Source: Eledone cirrhosa (Eukaryota). Taken from it: a DNA stretch of 64,000 nt. The stretch is from positions 67,146,001-67,210,000 of the forward strand of contig OZ024742.1 of assembly GCA_964016885.1 (NCBI GenBank), written 5' to 3'. A program made the position numbers and the translations under genes. Positions 27,070-42,580 of the stretch are shown here, piece by piece. Under the pieces are notes generated by a model. The model did not search any database. It had not been told where the DNA came from and worked only from the letters and a program-made list of their open reading frames with translations. Position 1 is the stretch's first letter. Each line of letters starts with the position of its first letter.

Positions 27070-27680
27070 ATGGTGGCTGCCAACTCGTTTTCGAGTACGG
27101 CCACTACTTTAAATCCATGTAGGAGAACCACTACCGATGCGCTGAACAAGTGTGACTTTTTAGTCCAGCCAGGGACTTGAAAACTCTGGTACAAACACTA
27201 CACTTGTGACAATTATTGACACATAGTGCTGGGCCCATGGTACCATGTGATGACAAGTGCAGAGAGATCTCCAGATATAAAGCAATGCCTGTGCCGTGAA
27301 GCTTTTAGAGTGAGCAAAGGCACTGCACAAAGCCAGTCCGACTCTCTTAACCAAGATGATATTTACCAAAAAGAAGAACAAGTCAACATCATTGGATACC
27401 ATCAGGGTTGCAGGTGTTATATCAGAGTTTTCCTTCTCCTAGAACTCTGCCTTGACAAAGGCTAAGGGGTCATCTCTCCCGGTGATTTTGGATGGCCATT
27501 GACTCTTAAGAGCTCCTTTGCCCTTTGACAGGTTTTGTTTTTAGTCCTGCAGGATGTCCAAAGTCACCCTCCTCACCAAGAAACCTTGGTGGGGTTGCCA
27601 GTTTAGTCGCCAACAACCCGACCACGAGACAGGTTGTACTGGGATGCATGTTACCAGTAGAACCAACTGGTGACCTGACA
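27070..27680 (-). mobile_element. RTE-like LINE 5' region or LINE-related SINE
   Basis: GC-richer block with RTE-like UTR motifs (actggcaaccccacc, gagaaggaaaactctg). Nested within inverted simple-sequence arms 26883-27000 and 27960-28075. Confidence 0.4.
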
Positions 27681-28275
27681 TAAATACATACATACATACA
27701 TATATACATACATACATACATACATTTACGTATGTATATAGCTATGCATTTATTTATACATTTGTACATACTAATTATCCCCTGTGATTGTTTCATATGT
27801 TTAATTATATGTCAATCAATTTCTACTCATTAGAATCTTGGAGCATATTTCACGGGTGATATGGCGCATGTCTATCTAACATGACACCCTTAATTTAATT
27901 TGATTTAATTTAATTTAATTCAATTTATCTTAATTTTGGATATATATATATATACATATATAAATCTACATACATACATACATACATATATACATACATA
28001 CATTTACTATGTATATAGCTATGCATTTATACATTTGTATATATACATGCATTTATAATTAAGTGTGTAAGGATATATATATATATATAATATATATTTA
28101 TATAATATATATATATATTTATATATATATGTGTGTGTGTGTCTGTATAATATATATATATATCGGCCTGCCCGCCCAGAGTGTGTGAGGGCGTCAACGT
28201 ATGGCTAAAACAGCACGTGCTGTGATCAGCGGCGCCGACTGGCACCCGACAGACTGGTCGGTCAAGGTGATCAAG

Positions 28276-28400
<125 letters not shown>

Positions 28401-28565
28401 CACATATATATATAATACACACACACATATATATATATTTTCTTTTTTCAGGCTGGTCTACCCTATTTGAGCCACCTGTTGGAGATAGATAGATAGATAG
28501 ACGTGTACCAAACACACACACACATACATTTCTTACTCTTTCTGTCCTTCCCTCTTTCTCTCTTC

Positions 28566-28627
<62 letters not shown>

Positions 28628-30484
28628 CGTTGTTATTTGGCGTTGTTGAAAAGATCAGTGGCCTTTGACCTGGCAATAAAAACTGGAGACAAATTCTTTC
28701 TGTACCAAAACCAAGGCACACACACACACAAGTGTGTGTGTATGTGTCTGTGTGTGTGTGTCTGTGTGCGTGCGTGCATGCGCGTTTATGTGTGTGTGTA
28801 TCTATCTACCTATATATATAAGGGTTACATGTATGGCTTTCTCACTGTCTCCAGCTTCTCAATTAATTCGTTGCTACTAAGTATTTTATTTTGCTACGAG
28901 GTATTTTATTTTGCAAGGTACTATTTTTCCCCTGAGTTAGTGATTTCAGAGAAAGGTAAGAAATTCTTCATATTTTGGAACTTTTGTATTTTGACTTTAC
29001 AGTTTGAATTGTAGAATTGTCTATCCACTCAAAATATTACAACAGCTAACAGTGAAATATATAATTTAAAAAAAAGAAGCTTTTTCGACTAAGATCAAAT
29101 CTTTTTTTTTTTTTCAAATATATATAATTTCAAATAACTTGCTTTTGTTTTGGACTGAAACTTTTTTGTATTTAATTCGTGCGGGTATTTTTTAAAGATT
29201 CTAACATAATTTGATTTGGCCCAGTAATTTACTGATTTCAAAATCAGTAGTATATTGAAAAATGGAAAAAATAGGGAAGGGGGGCGTTTCGTGATTTTGC
29301 TGAAATTTTGTTCTAGATCAAACGAATGTCTCCATTGGCTGTTTCTATTGCTAGAAATATGAATGAAATTTGATCAAATCCAGTATAATTTATCGGAAGA
29401 GGGAGGGCAAATTGTATAATGGTTTCCAAAACCTGCAGATGGTGAATATCGACAGTTGGGATGACTTTGATTATAATTCTGCTCTCTCTGTGCTGACCTT
29501 GGAGAGAACGAAAATACAACCTAACATAGATACAGAGAGGAATTATAGGCAATAACTCATATACAGATTCAGAAAGCTGGTTTCAATAGCTATTACTAGA
29601 CCCCTATTACATAAGTTAAGGACTCGAACTATGTGACACGCATGCACACACACACACACATACAGCTATTTCGTCATTTTGTGTTAACGCCGCCACCAGC
29701 CTTTTGGTTGCTTTTAGCCGAGTTCAATATGCTTCAAAAATTCGAATCAGGTATTCTACAAAAAATATCTTTATGACTCACTTCTACTTGACTTATAGCC
29801 CGTGAGAAAGGTTATAAGCCTTGATTTTCCCTCAATTCGTTGGTATATTCTCAATTGCAATTACTACAATAATGTAATGCGAGATTTGGGATTTAGATAC
29901 TAACTTGAAAACGTATTATTGTCAAACGCTGCCCATGTGTGGTACAAAGTTTCAACGACTAAAAACACCTACGGATTTATAGTGATAATCGATTACTTCC
30001 ACACTATTACTGATAATGAAACTATCTTTGTCTTGTTTTAAAGAAATAGTTTTAAATCGCTACTAACTTTTATTCTTCACACCCCACTGTAATATACTTA
30101 ATAGAATTGTAAATATACTTTAATAGAATTGTCTTAGAAATAGTTCTATTAGAATAAACTTCAAAAATGTCCTACCCTCACATATATTGATGAAAGGCTT
30201 CCCCATTTGTACTGAAAGAAAGAAGTAAGATGTAGAAATTTATAAAATCGTTTAGACAATAGCGTCAGTATAACTGAATTTTGCAAATGATTAAATAAAG
30301 CTTCATCAGCAATAATTGCGCGCAATCACATCAAACAGAAACACCCACGCGTTATGGTATATTTGTAATAATGAAATATCTAACTGTAATACAATTTTGT
30401 AATAAATAGCGATAATATTTCACAGAAACATGTTATGTCCTTAATTAATGGTTTCAAATTGAAAATTCTTGCGCGCAATCAAAC

Positions 30485-30610
<126 letters not shown>

Positions 30611-31083
30611 ACAAAATTATGAACAGGAGAAGTGACACTACGCAGGCAGGGTGGAGACGGATTTCCTTATTGAATGGTTTTGATTTAGCAATATTTATTC
30701 GAATATATATACTAGTGCATTCGTTAGAGACATCAGAGCAAGGAGTTGTCCTTAGACCCCATTCTTTGGCAGGGGCCGTGAATGTGGTCGTAAGAAATTT
30801 CGAGGCCTAAAATGCAAGAATATAGTACACTTCTTGTCAATACTCCGCCGATTTCCCAAAGACCTGCTGCAGTGTGAATGTTTGGTCGGTCAATCCTCGA
30901 TCCTAATGGGATACAGTGTATAACATATTCTGACAGCCAGGGGCTTGTCAGTAGGATCTAAACTCGCAATGTAAAAAATTGGAAATGCCCCAAATTGTTT
31001 TGCCCCATGCTCAAACGTTTCTAACAATCCAGCTCTACCATTTACAATGTACTATGGGTGTCATTCATCATTTTGAAATTGAT

Positions 31084-31340
31084 ATATCAATACCTCCAAT
31101 ATTAAACATTACGTTAGACAACAACATTTTGATTGAATTCAGCTGACCTAAGTTTGAGCCCTTTTATGAGGCCACTGAGTTTAAAAATGACAAAAGTTTT
31201 TTTTTTTCTATATAGATATATAACTGTCTAGACGTAACGAGAAAGGATTACTCAAGATCACGTCTCAAACTTAGGTCAGCAGAAACAAAGTAAAATTTGT
31301 TGACCAGTTCAATTTGTAATGTTGGAGATATTGGTATTCT
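31084..31340. repeat. Decayed inverted repeat / MITE-like element
   Basis: gctgacctaagtttgag pairs with ctcaaacttaggtcagc, and caatacctccaatatta pairs with taatgttggagatattg. Confidence 0.55.
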
Positions 31341-31909
31341 AATTATACCAGATAAACCATCTACATACATATTGACTTACCTTTATGACATTTAAGTATA
31401 GTACACATAATTAACTATAATAACTTTCTTTTAAATCACTTTAAATATCAGAGGTTATAATATAATTTCTCATCTACTTATAATATCTAACATTATTAAC
31501 TGAATGTAACATCCAAACTTAAATATCTGTATTATCTAGGCGAAATATCTATACACAATAAATATAAACTATAATATCAATGAAGTTATATTTAATTGCC
31601 ATCTATATTTAAGTGTGTTGAAACTGAATCTATTACGTCGTTGAATTACAAATTAGGCATCTAATAAAACACACACATTTTCACTGCATAGCTTGGCAGT
31701 GAAATTGTGAAAGATACGATGTCGTAATGACTAAGACAAACATGTGGTCACTACAAATTTAATGAAATAGAGTTAAAAGTGTTTGTGTACTTTAAATAAC
31801 TTAGTGCACAAGTATTTTTGTTATGTACGTGTATATATGTGATCCACACAAACCCACTTATACATACACATTCACAGAGTCACGCATCGCAACACAGCCA
31901 CACAAGCAT

Positions 31910-32085
<176 letters not shown>

Positions 32086-32241
32086 TAGGAAGGATTCAGT
32101 TTGATTCCGTTTTCTTATTACCTATTACCCACTCTGCTACTCTAAGTGTCGAGTACTCTACTGCGTGACTGTCCACCTGGTTTCTTACCACACTTTCTTT
32201 GCTTTATATATATATATATATACACACACACATATATATAC

Positions 32242-32273
<32 letters not shown>

Positions 32274-32286
32274 TCACACACACATA

Positions 32287-32322
<36 letters not shown>

Positions 32323-32327
<5 letters not shown>

Positions 32328-33277
32328 GAAGTAATTCCGTCGGAAAAGTCCAGGAAAAATGAGTGCTCTATGTAGGAAACAGAGCTTAATAGTTATGTAA
32401 TAAACAACATATGGCGGTTATTCCATTTACTAGTGGTTTCTTAAAAGCAAAAAACATTTCTTTCAATAATCAGAATGAAAACATTCTGGTCTATTTATTG
32501 AATTGGATTTTTAAAAAACAAAAATGCAGTCTATATAAAAGTTAGGTTGGAGAAGGAAGAAGGAAAGGAAAAATAAAATAAAAACACACATGCAAACACA
32601 CACGCACACACACACGATTATATACATCCACATATATATATATATACATACACACATACATACACACAAACATATACACATATATATGTGTATATATATA
32701 TACATACACATACATACACACATACATACATACACACATAAATATCAACATATACATACATACACATACATATATACAACCACACACATAAATATACAGA
32801 AATATAAATATATATATATATATGCATACACATTCACATACATAGCCATACATACATACATACATACATACATACATACATACATACATACATACATACA
32901 CACAATCATACGTATATACACACGTACATACAAACATATACATACACACATATATAATGCATACATATGCATGCACAATATTAGAAAAATATACACACAC
33001 CTCTACATATTCACACACGAAAATAAATATGAGAAAAAATATATATAAAAAATAATAAAGACAAAAGTTGACAGCGATACAGGCAACAAATAAATGAAAA
33101 AACACACGTGGTAAGCAATACACACAAATGCACGTACACATACATACGTAAAAATAAATAAATACACATACTCTCACACATAAATATACATGTACAAATA
33201 CATAAACACATACATACGCATACACAAATACATACACACACACACATATATACACATATACACACACATATACATAT

Positions 33278-33347
<70 letters not shown>

Positions 33348-33547
33348 ATACATACATATATACACATACACACACATACATAGCCATACAATTATACACA
33401 TACAAATACGTACATATCACAAACACGCACAACCAAGTACAAACACACACACATATATATATATGTGTGTAAAACTCATTCTTAGATAATTCATATGAAC
33501 CTTATTTAAATCTAAAATATACACACATATATCTATCTGTATATCTA

Positions 33548-33593
<46 letters not shown>

Positions 33594-34379
33594 CACATAC
33601 ATACACATACATACTTACTAACATACACATATATACCTACACACACATATATACATACACATACGTATGCATACGTACACACACACACACACATACATAT
33701 ACATATACAACTCAATATATATATCTATATATATATATATATATATATATGAGAAAGAACAAAAATAATATAAAATAAATATTTTATATATAAAAATTTG
33801 ACAAGTAATAAATAAAAATATATATATATGATTTGATGAATATTTTCATTGATCTTTTGCTCCATGAACTTGTTGAGTGCTCTAGGTCTGCTATGGGCAT
33901 TTATACCCATTTCTAAATATATATATATATATTTTTTTTTTTTATTTATTACTTGTCAAATTTTTATATATAAATTATTTATTTTATATTATTTATGTTC
34001 TTTCTCATATATATATATATTGAGTTATATGTGTATGTGTATGTGTATGTGTGTGTGTGTGTGTATGTATGCATACGTATGTATATGTATATATGTGTGT
34101 TTAGGTATATATGTGTGTTTAGGTATATATGTGTATGTTAGTAAGTATGTATGTGTATGTATGTGTATGTATATATATATATATATATATATGTGTGTAT
34201 ATTTTAGATTTAAATAAGATTCATATGAATTATCTAAGAATGAGTTTTACACACACACATATATATATATGTGTGTGTTTGTATTTGATTGTGCGTTTTT
34301 GTGATATGTACGTATTTGTATGTGTATAATTGTATGGCTATGTATGTATGTGTGTGTATGTGTATATATGTATGTATAT

Positions 34380-34441
<62 letters not shown>

Positions 34442-35309
34442 GTATGTATATATGTGTGTATATGTGTATATGTGTGTGTATGTGTATGTGTTTGTGTATG
34501 CGTATGTATGTGTTTATGTATTTGTATATGTATATTTATGTGTGAGAGAATGTGTATGTATTTATTTTTACGTATGTATGTGTATTGCTTACCACGTGTG
34601 TTTTTTCATTTATTTGTTGCCTGTATCGCTGTCAACTTTTGTCTTTATTATTTTTTATATATATTTATTCTTCTATTTATTTGCGTGTGTGAATTTGTAG
34701 ACGTGTGTGTATATTTTTCTAATATTGTGCATGCATATGTATGCATGTATATATGTGGGTATGTATGTGTTTGTATGTACGTGTGTATATACGTATGGTT
34801 GTGTGTATGTATGTATATATGTATATGTATGTGTGTATGGCTATGTATGTGAATGTGTATGCATATATATATATTTATATTTCTATATATATATGTGTAT
34901 ATATATGTGTGTGGTTGTATATATGTATGTGTCTGTATGTATATGTTGATATTTATGTGTGTATGTATGTATGTGTGTATGTATGTGTATGTATATATAT
35001 ATACACATATATATGTGTATATGAGTGTGTGTATGTATGTGTGTATGTATATATATATATATATATAAATATATATATGTGGATGTATATAATCGTGTGT
35101 TTGTGTGTGTTTGCATGTGTGTTTTTATTTTATTTTTCCTTTCCTTCTTCCTTCTCCAGCCTCACTTTCATATAGACTGCATTTTTGTTTTTTAAAAATC
35201 CAATTCAATAAATAGACCAGAATTTTTTCTTCTGATGATTGAAAGCAACACTTTTTGCTTTAGAGAAACCACTGGTAAATGGAATAATTGCCTTATGTTT
35301 TTTATTACA

Positions 35310-35315
<6 letters not shown>
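32323..35315. mobile_element. About 3-kb palindrome, probably an inverted pair of PLE 3' UTR/pLTRs
   Basis: About 32390-33830 is the reverse complement of about 33916-35315 around an 85-bp spacer. Cryptic TG/TA sequence like the family A UTR. HHR-like motif near both outer ends. Confidence 0.7.
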
Positions 35316-35365
<50 letters not shown>

Positions 35366-35367
<2 letters not shown>

Positions 35368-35650
35368 AAAACGTATGACCCCCAACCGCAGAGCTCAAGC
35401 CGTTTCGACCAGAAATAGCTGTCGAAACAGCTTGAGCTCTGCCGTCGGGTTCATACATTTTCCTATTACCTACTATACTAACCTAAGTATTGAGTACATC
35501 ACAGACTGATTTTTTTGTTTCAGAAGATCCCGTTAAGGGTAAAAGCAGCGATTCTTTGCTTAGACTTTCATCTGTTATTTTAATATATATATATATATAT
35601 ATATATTAAATAACAGATGAAAGTGTAAGCAAAGAAATCGCTGCTTTCAA
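35366..35650. mobile_element. Stacked fold-back fragments of family D (35366-35508) and family A (35510-35650)
   Basis: Palindrome around tttcgac..gtcgaaa, then the CAGAAGA HHR at 35517-35566 and its inverted partial copy across a (TA)n. Confidence 0.75.
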
Positions 35651-37662
35651 TGGGAGAGATTAATTGTCCCTATATTTCAGATTTCACATCCATCAACTGG
35701 CGAGTTTTCCGAGGGGGAAGGTTATCTGTCGCAGAGCAACGGTACATGGTCTCTGTTGTCCGCCGTTTGTGTGTAACTGAGATATTCTATAGAGCGCACG
35801 TGTGCGGGTAATAGGTGTAGTCAAGCAAAGGTCAAGACAGCTCCTCTTTATTGTGGGATTGGGATGCTGCTCGATGTCAATCCATTGTACTACCTATATT
35901 CAGTATTTCTTACTGGCAGTATAATAGTCTGTCTGGTCGCTTGTTGATCGGTGGATGGTGGGGGCGCTATACACACAATAACAATCGTTCGAATGCCACT
36001 GTGTGTGTGTGTGCGTGTGTTGTTGTCTCATTTGTTTACACCAACCACCTCATGTCGCTTCTTTCGAATCGGTTATTTATTTGTGGTCCTAGGCGTTTGA
36101 TCCAAAGTGCCTCCTCTATCTGTAATGTACCGACGTTGCGTTCTGTCGCTAGCACCGTGACAATGGACCTTCCGTCTTTGTTTCTGCATTTGGTTATGTG
36201 TTTCCGGAAAGACGAGTCCCTGGTGTTGATGTGCTCCATGATCCATATATGTAGCGGCCGGATTGTGCTACCGATATAGTAGTGGTTGCACATGTCACAT
36301 TCTACCCTGTATACAACGTATGTGCGTAAGCAACAGTTCGTTTGGCGCATCGGACAGTTTCTGAGGGCACACGAGTCAGTCGATTTCCCGGGTTTCCTGC
36401 AGAGGCATCTCCGTAGGGAAGGGCCCGAGTGGGCCAGGTGGATGTCGAGGCCCTCTCTCCGTACAGCCTTGCGGATAGCGTTGGTGGTTTTCTCACCCAG
36501 GTGAGAGATTTTGAGGAAGCATTTGCTTTGGGTGTTTCTCTGCATCTTGCGTCTGGTGTCTCTTACTCTGTTTGTAAGCGAGGCTGGGTATCCGTTGGTC
36601 TCCAACACCATGAGGAACCTTTTGGTATGGGTGACACCACTCACGGGATCGCTACATCTGTCTTTTATTCGCGCGATCTCGTTCGTGATGTACCCAATTT
36701 TAGCACTGTTAAGGAGTGCAGACTTGTAGTGTACAAATAAGTACCTGCAGGCTGCATTTCGGTAGAAGTTGGTGTGGATCCCTCCCTGCTACGTGATGTT
36801 GATTCGTCGTTGTTAGGTTGTTCAACACTGAAATCAATATTCTACTCCTTGTTGTTGAGCGTCTCATAAATTCCGCTCGCCATCTCCTGGGAAGATGTGA
36901 GGATGAGAATGTCGTCCACGTACCTTGAGAACAAGTCGACGGCGTTGGGGTGGCAGGTGTTGAGTGCCTTGCGCTCGAGGCTGTCCATGTATGAGATCGC
37001 TAGCACACCCGACAAGCTTGAGCCCATGGGCAGCCCCGAGGTTTGGCGGTATGTTTGAGAAAACTGAAATACGTGTTGTCAACGACGACGGATAGGAGCT
37101 GGTGGATGTCAGTGGGGGTGAGCCCGAAGCAGTGTAGGTCGGTAGATTGAACGCGTTCCATCAGTATATCAACGGCCGGGAGCGCCGGGACCGAGGTGTA
37201 AAGAGCGATGCATCAAGGCTGAAGGCATACCTGTTAGCCTTACTGGTGTCGGGATCCATTTGATACAGGCGTTCCAACACCTCCCCGGAGCTGTTTACGT
37301 GTCCGGGCAAGGTGTCTATTATGGGTTTAAGTACTCTGGCTAGGAGTCATTTTGTAAAGCGGTCCTTCCACGCTCGATACAGTAGGTCTTATCTTCAGAT
37401 CGGGTCCCTGTTTGTGTGTTTTCACAAGGTGGTAGAAGCCGCGTAGTCTGCTCTTCCTCGTGAGGAGGTTGTATCTCAGCTTCTTCAGAAGCTTCCACCG
37501 GTCACAGATGTTGGTCCAGGTGGCGTTGATGTGCTCCTCGATCAGCGCGGGGGTGATTCCTGTGACTTTAGAGTAGAGGTTGTCATCGTCAAGGTGTGGG
37601 AGGACCAAGGTGTTTTAAGCTTCTCTGCTGATCCCACAATAAAGAGGAGCTGCCTCAACCTT
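35650..37662 (-). mobile_element. Penelope-like element, Neptune/Nematis-type (RT plus GIY-YIG), frameshifted, with a short inverted tail at 37631-37662
   Basis: FYHLVKTHK...IRPTVS, GLPMGSSLSGVLA, RYVDDIL, CALRNCP..CC..VVYRVECDMCNHYYIGST.RPL...EH, IEEALWIK..GPQIN. Two HHR remnants at 35668-35715 and 35884-35925. The clade assignment is tentative. Confidence 0.9.
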
Positions 37663-37701
37663 CTATATATATATGTACACATACACACATATATATATAT
37701 G

Positions 37702-37734
<33 letters not shown>

Positions 37735-37864
37735 TTAGAAACCCTTCCTGTTTAGCAGGAATTATTCGCTACACACAAAGATACAGTAATACTCTATTCG
37801 ATATTTTGAAGTCACTTGTTATAATTTCATTCAACGACACCAACAGCTCTCTCTCCCCCATCTG

Positions 37865-37949
<85 letters not shown>

Positions 37950-38157
37950 TCATGAAGGTACTCGGAAAAACCCCGTAACTCGAAATGTCAGATTTACGCG
38001 AAGGTTATTTTATTCCACTTGTATTCCCATTTCAGGGGCAACTTCCTTTCAAAATATGTTCCCATTATGTGCTGTTTTTACTGTATTAAATTGCAGAAAA
38101 GTACACAAGCACAGAGCTTTAGTAGTATTTAAATATGTATATACATTATGGTCATTG

Positions 38158-38310
38158 GAGGTTAACTTTGCCTTTCATCCTTACGGGGTCGATAAAATAA
38201 GTACCAGTAATGCACTTGGGTATTTGCTGCCCTTGTGCAAAAAGTAGAAACAATTATTATAATCCTTACGGGGCTGACAAAATAAAGCACCAGTTACGAA
38301 CTGGGATAGA
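38158..38310 (+). mobile_element. SINE family 1 partial copies
   Basis: gaggttaactttgcctttcatccttacggggtcgataaaataagtaccag. Confidence 0.8.
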
Positions 38311-40094
38311 TTTAATCAAATTTTCTTTTCAAAAATGGGTCGTCTCACTGAGATAACAGAGAATAGAAATATGGCTTATGACATGCAAGGATTAATCCAT
38401 TGTTTCTCATTGATGATTAGGTAGGGAAAATAAAACTCCAATGCGGTACTGAAAATGAAACCAACTACGCGTTTACTCTTAAAATGCACCAGTAAACAAC
38501 ACTGGAACACAAGGATCCACCTTGATATTACATATCATGCTGCATGTGGTGTGAGTCACAAGGCACATGTCAGGTTTGTTTCATTTTCTTGTAAAATATT
38601 CTGGCCCTGGTATCAATACTAATATCCACATCCCTGGTCTGGTTTAAACACCAAACTCTTGATACTGTAAACCTTAAGTAAATCTTGCAGAAATAACTTG
38701 CAGAATTAGCCTTACCAGTCAGATATACATTATTAGGTGTCTTTATTAGTATTCCACACGGCTCTCCGGCTATGGGCTTTATATAGTAAAATGAGTCCTA
38801 AAAAGGCGAAATAGGTAGAATGCGCTGTGATTGGTCGAATTTACTGGTCATTTAAATAATTTTACGTTGGAATTTCCGTGAACAACAAATATATCTTGAT
38901 AAATGTGAGAATAATTTCAGCAATACAGGTATAGGAAAAAGTCCATGTCCCGTTGATGTAATTGTTGGAGCTTTTATTGATGTACTTAACCCCAGATTAG
39001 TTCTAATCGAAACATTTCATTATACTGTGTAATATTTAAAGCGGTAGCGTATAGTTTGTTTACTATTTCTATCAGATCATCTGACTACGTAGAACTTTGT
39101 TGGTTTGAGTTCACGTTGTGTTAAACCGTTGTTAGATAAATCTCTTAAATAATTATCTCGCCAATCGCAAAATATATTCGCAAAATTTTATATAGTATAT
39201 TATTTGAAAAGAAACATGATCTGGAAAATTGTAGAAAAGATTATACGCCACAACTGAAGCCTTTCTATCAAAGAATCCAGAAATAAATCTTTAAATAATA
39301 TAGTAACTAGAATGCAATAAAAATCTAAAACAACATTCACTAAATGTCAACCGAAAGGAAATCCGATTAAATAAAAATATTGAACAGAAAATAATGAAAG
39401 CATTACGAAAACTTATAGCCTGATGGAATGGAAATTTACAATTTCTAGATAACAACGTTATTTAAAATTCAACAATTTCAACTCAAATACCATTCACTTG
39501 ATAAGATCAGCAGAAAATAATTAGCTCTCACAAATATTTCACACTAATTTTATTTTCTATTAGCAAAAATGCAAGGCTGTATTTTAGCTGCAGTGTACAC
39601 ATTTTTCGTTATAATTTTGGCCATATATTTTAATTACATCTACACAGGGTGGGATTATTTTAGTGAGATTTATTTTGCGTCATATATAATGAAGCTCAAT
39701 ATCAAGAAATTCATAAGTTAATAACCAAACAGCGCACTTATGATGATACATTCCAACACTGTTGTCTTCCCTTAATATATTGTGTCTCTAGTATTAAATT
39801 ATTCAATATTTGTTTTCCTATTCGACATAGTAGAGATAGAATTAAAGATTATTTCTATGCCGGAATAGAAAGCAGCGATTTAGTGAAGCCATCGTTGGTT
39901 TAACGAGTATAATGCAGGTATATTATATTTCTAAAAGTATATTTTGTATAATATTTCGGAGGGTACTCATTGTCTTTCTGAAAGGTTTCAAGAAGACAAA
40001 TATTTGTTTTATTATTTGTGTATCATATATATATATATATATATATATTGTGGACATTAAAAAGTTGTAAGGGATGTCAACAATTAATTGATTA

Positions 40095-40292
40095 TGTCAG
40101 GTTAGCTAAAACGTTCATAGGCTGACCATGGAGGAGTGTGGCTAGCGCTTTGAAATTTTGCATATATTATTTTCAACACTTCTTATTTATTACTGCATTG
40201 CAACTTTCAAGGGACTATGTTGAAAAAGAAGCCCCATTTACTCATTTCATGAATGTATCTTGGTCTGCCTAGAAACTTTGAGCCCAGCCTCA
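40095..40292. mobile_element. mariner-type MITE
   Basis: Imperfect TIRs aaaacgttcataggctgacca and tggtctgcctagaaactttg with TA flanks. Confidence 0.6.
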
Positions 40293-40844
40293 TATATATA
40301 TATTTATATATATATATGACCTGTAAATTACCAAAGCCTTAGAAAATTACAGCAAATAACATTAATACCAGCCGATCATTTTCGGAAAATACCGCTGGAC
40401 ACAGAAAGGGCACGGATGACGAGTAACAATCGAACCAGGAATCTCTCAAATAATTTGCCAGTACATTATTTTCAACCTATAGGCTGAAATATAAATTCTA
40501 TATCACACAACACTAATTCACGGATGTAGTGTAGAAAGGACATGGGCTGATTAGTTTCATTTGCATATATCTATCAGCAGGCTCCACTGGAAAAGGGGAT
40601 TAAGAGTTCACTCTAATATAGCTGTATACATATATATATATGATTATTTTGTATATCTTGCAATATAAGGTATGTTTATAAATAAACATTTTGAAAGCTT
40701 TCAACTATGAATTTGGAAACTGATGACGTAGCGCCATCGAGCAGACTCGAGCAGAATCAAAGAATGAGTAAGAGTCGGTGACGTCTTTTCTGACTCTGGT
40801 CGTGATCAAGAGAATGCTCCCTTACCCTGTTCTCTGCTTGAAGT

Positions 40845-41330
40845 CAATAGAGTCGAAAACATGTTGCAACCCATGTATAAGTGCTGTCCGATATTCTAGG
40901 TAGAAATACAATCTCTCCTTTACCACATCCAGTGAGAATTTTGTCTTCGTTACTGTGAGGCTGTAGTTCAGTCATAACCATATGTGTCCATTTGTACAAT
41001 CTCGGCTCCTCCAGGTTAGTGGGGAGCATGGTGACTGCACTTCTTCAATTCAAGATTGTTTGGCAGCCTAATGATGGTTCCAGATTGTTGAGAAATTCAA
41101 CGGGATAGTTAAGAGCACCGTCCTCGTTGATAACATTGTTGATAGATTTATAGGTCTGGTAAATTCCAGACATCATCTGTGAGTGATTTTGTTGATGGAA
41201 TTCATTGTTTTGGTGGCCAAAGAGTTCTCTTTCACGCAGCCACTCCGTATTGGAATCGTGGATTTGATAGCACTTACCACAAGACTACCAAATGGCGAAG
41301 GATCAAAACATACTTCAGTTGGAAGGGATT
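40845..41330 (-). pseudogene. Helitron Pif1-like helicase fragment
   Basis: TYKSINNV...NYPVEFLNNLEP...ML..NL...L...ILTGCGKGEIVFLPRI matches the Pif1 2B region (YPxEFLNSL...LLRNL...VFIPRI). Confidence 0.85.
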
Positions 41331-41895
41331 GCTTTTATATAAATATATACGGCTGAGAGGCGCTTATCTGTAATTCCTAGTGTCTCCCTACCCACCTTTC
41401 CCAACTTTGTCATTCACACTGAAGAAATATTCGAGACTGGGAAAAACCGAGGATTTCCCCTCCTTACCTCATTCTGTTTTTCGGAAGAGAAGGCGATTGC
41501 AAGCATGTCAAAGATCAGATTAGTTGATAACATACGAGAAAATAATTTCTTCACGATCCCCAGCGCGTGTTTACCATAAGTTTAAACGGCTGATAAGTAT
41601 TTATCTGTAACCCCAAGTGTCCCTCTCATTCGCTGCTTGCATTTCCAGAAATATATGTCGTTGGAGACTGAGTCGGATGTTGGATCGCTCGAAAACAAAC
41701 TAGAAAGTAAAAAGGATTCCCATAGGAGAAATCTCCGGTAAAATCCGAGGGTCTCCCCATTCCGTATTCGGAGAAAAAATTGATTGTGAGCATGTCGGAG
41801 GTCATATTACCTGAAAGCACAGAAAACCTTAATTATTACTAATTTTATTTAGAGCTTTGAGAAAACTACGTGCGAACAAACATCCTTTGTATAAG

Positions 41896-41931
<36 letters not shown>

Positions 41932-41953
41932 GCGTGTGTGTGCGTGGGAATGT

Positions 41954-42023
<70 letters not shown>

Positions 42024-42073
42024 GGGGGGGGGGGTGAGTGTGTGCCTGAGAATGTGTTTACACGTATATATGG

Positions 42074-42195
42074 TGAAGGCGTGTGGCGGAGTGGTTAGGA
42101 AATTGGATTCGCAATCGTAAGGTTGTGAGTTCGATTCCTGGACCAGGCGATGCGTTATGTCCTTGAGCAAGACACTTTATTTCACGTTGCTCCTT
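42074..42195 (+). mobile_element. tRNA-derived SINE family 2 head (second copy 46110-46232)
   Basis: A box tggcggagtgg and B box gagttcgattcc, followed by gtccttgagcaagacactttatttcacg. Confidence 0.8.
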
Positions 42196-42521
42196 CTATC
42201 TGGAGTTGCGACAGATAGATAGTATTAGCAATTGGAAAGACCAACGGAAACATTGTTCCCTCGGTCCGATTTTACGAAAGTCGAACTTTCCTTTATATAT
42301 ATACATATATTTATATATATATACATATTCATTTAGGTTTGTTGGTCCATCACTGGATAGAACTGGTCATTCCGCATAGTCAACCTTGATGTAGTATTAG
42401 GGAGAGCACTCAACGTAATGGAACTCACCAGTCCTCGTTTGTCTTGTTGGTGGTGCGAGTAGGGAGTCAATTATTATAGAATAGCAGGTGGGTGGGCTGG
42501 TGTAATTCCTTAAAAGGTTTG

Positions 42522-42580
42522 ATACTATGATCATTTCAATGACTGGGTTCAGTATGAATCCGGTGACATCATCAGGTATT
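42522..42580 (-). ncRNA. Type I hammerhead within an about 360-bp (TA)n-flanked insert (42330-42690)
   Basis: auac-CUGAUGA-stem II-GAAA-ugauc-AUA-guau, with palindromic stem III AUGAUCAU. Confidence 0.75.

Noticed and set aside
32511-35175. Long YI/CV/HT-rich ORFs here and throughout the window
   Set aside because: They are translations of (TA)n, (TG)n and (CA)n repeats, not genes.
42074-42150. tRNA gene
   Set aside because: A and B boxes run into a SINE body shared with other copies, and there is no complete cloverleaf.
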